Positions 31,300 to 32,000 of a DNA stretch of 32,000 nt are shown piece after piece. Position numbers and translations under genes: made by a program. The DNA comes from Dehalococcoidia bacterium (GTDB lineage Bacteria > Chloroflexota > Dehalococcoidia > Lucifugimonadales > UBA1127): assembly GCA_965197715.1 (NCBI GenBank), contig OZ240224.1:878695-910694 (forward strand). Direction: 5' to 3'. The notes beneath the pieces were generated by a model. It ran no database searches. It was not told the origin of the DNA and worked only from the letters and a program-made list of their open reading frames with translations. Each line of letters opens with the position of its first letter. Position 1 is the first letter of the stretch.

Positions 31300-32000
31300 A
31301 TGCGGGACGGTTACAGGGTCTACGATCCGGACACGCACATTCACCCCTCCGTGGAGTCGCTGGAGCCCTACTTCGACCCCGAGTTCCGGCCAAGGCTCGC
31401 GGAGCTGGCGCAGTACAGGGTCCAGGCGCGGTCGGACCAGACCACGACGCCCAGGGAGGACCCATCCCGGCACCACTACAACGTGGGGCTGACGCCCTAC
31501 CAGCGTGTGCTCGGTCAGGCAGGGCCGGCGGAGTCGCCCAAGGACGGGCACAACCGGCTCCACTTTGGGGGCTATACGGGCCGCAAGCTGCCCGCGGTAG
31601 GGGTCATCGACGACGCGGTGGACGCTCGCGTCGCGGACATGGACGAGGAGGGGACCGACGTTCACGCCATGGTGCCGGACGTGACCACCGGCTTCGCACT
31701 GCTGGGAGACCCTTCCATCGAGGTCTCCGTGAACCGCGCCTATCACCGCTTCATGAACGACCTCTGCTCCAAGTACCCCGGCCGGCTCAAGGCGCACCTG
31801 GCCGTGACCGGGTCGGCGGTGGAGGACTCGGTGCTGGAGATCAAGACCTGGGGCGACGCGCCCTGGGCTGTGGGAATCTGGCCCTACTCCGGCGTCGACA
31901 AGCCCCTGGACCACCCCGACCTGGAGCCCATCTGGGCCGCGGCGGCGGAGAAGGACCTGGCCGTCGTCCATCACAGCACAACGTGGGTGCCCCCCTACTT
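31300..32000 (+). CDS. Amidohydrolase-2 family protein (partial, runs off the right edge)
   Basis: GGGAGGAAG RBS, then ATG 31300 and MRDGYRVYDPDTHIHPSVESLEPYF (DxH motif). The frame stays open to the window end (233 codons). It is missing from the ORF track because no stop codon is reached. Confidence 0.8.
   Translation, partial: MRDGYRVYDPDTHIHPSVESLEPYFDPEFRPRLAELAQYRVQARSDQTTTPREDPSRHHYNVGLTPYQRVLGQAGPAESPKDGHNRLHFGGYTGRKLPAVGVIDDAVDARVADMDEEGTDVHAMVPDVTTGFALLGDPSIEVSVNRAYHRFMNDLCSKYPGRLKAHLAVTGSAVEDSVLEIKTWGDAPWAVGIWPYSGVDKPLDHPDLEPIWAAAAEKDLAVVHHSTTWVPPY

Noticed and set aside
1-32000. Defence system, toxin-antitoxin, prophage or secondary-metabolite core genes
   Set aside because: I found no nuclease, helicase, methyltransferase, ATPase, reverse-transcriptase, PKS/NRPS, RiPP-precursor or phage structural signatures in any well-supported ORF. 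The novelty candidates here are metabolic or structural, not immune systems.

Overview
This is a high-GC chromosomal segment with strong GGAGG-type ribosome-binding sites. All homology calls below come from by-eye motif recognition; no searches were run. The window holds few housekeeping genes (ffh, tRNA-Leu(UAA), tRNA-Pro(GGG)) and many paralogous enzyme genes: six amidohydrolase-2 (ACMSD/LigW-type) genes, three luciferase-like (LLM) oxidoreductases, three extended-SDR epimerase/dehydratases, two orphan family-5 solute-binding lipoproteins, two DinB-like proteins and two heme-oxygenase-fold (PqqC/TenA/HDO-like) proteins. It also carries one DDE transposase, a DprE1/DprE2-type epimerase pair and a partial Rieske-oxygenase gene at the left edge. 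I saw no rRNA, CRISPR, cas, phage or recognisable defence genes. Five observations stand out. (1) A 1366-bp inverted repeat (1672..3037 vs 14789..16154; 6 aa changes in 369 shared codons) duplicates a promoter, leader and first amidohydrolase gene. Its arms bracket two convergent operons built from the same protein families in roughly mirror order. (2) A three-gene set (Rv2161c-like LLM, heme-oxygenase-fold protein with an H-x3-D-x2-H motif, amidohydrolase-2) occurs twice. (3) A 645-bp non-coding gap contains three loosely related ~130-140-bp tandem units and several stable hairpins. (4) A translationally coupled dprE1/dprE2 homolog pair lacks the usual arabinan partner genes and has Ala at the benzothiazinone-target Cys position. 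(5) An alpha/beta-fold protein has Gly in place of the nucleophile Ser. The source organism cannot be identified from this window; Chloroflexota or Actinomycetota is only a guess based on gene content.
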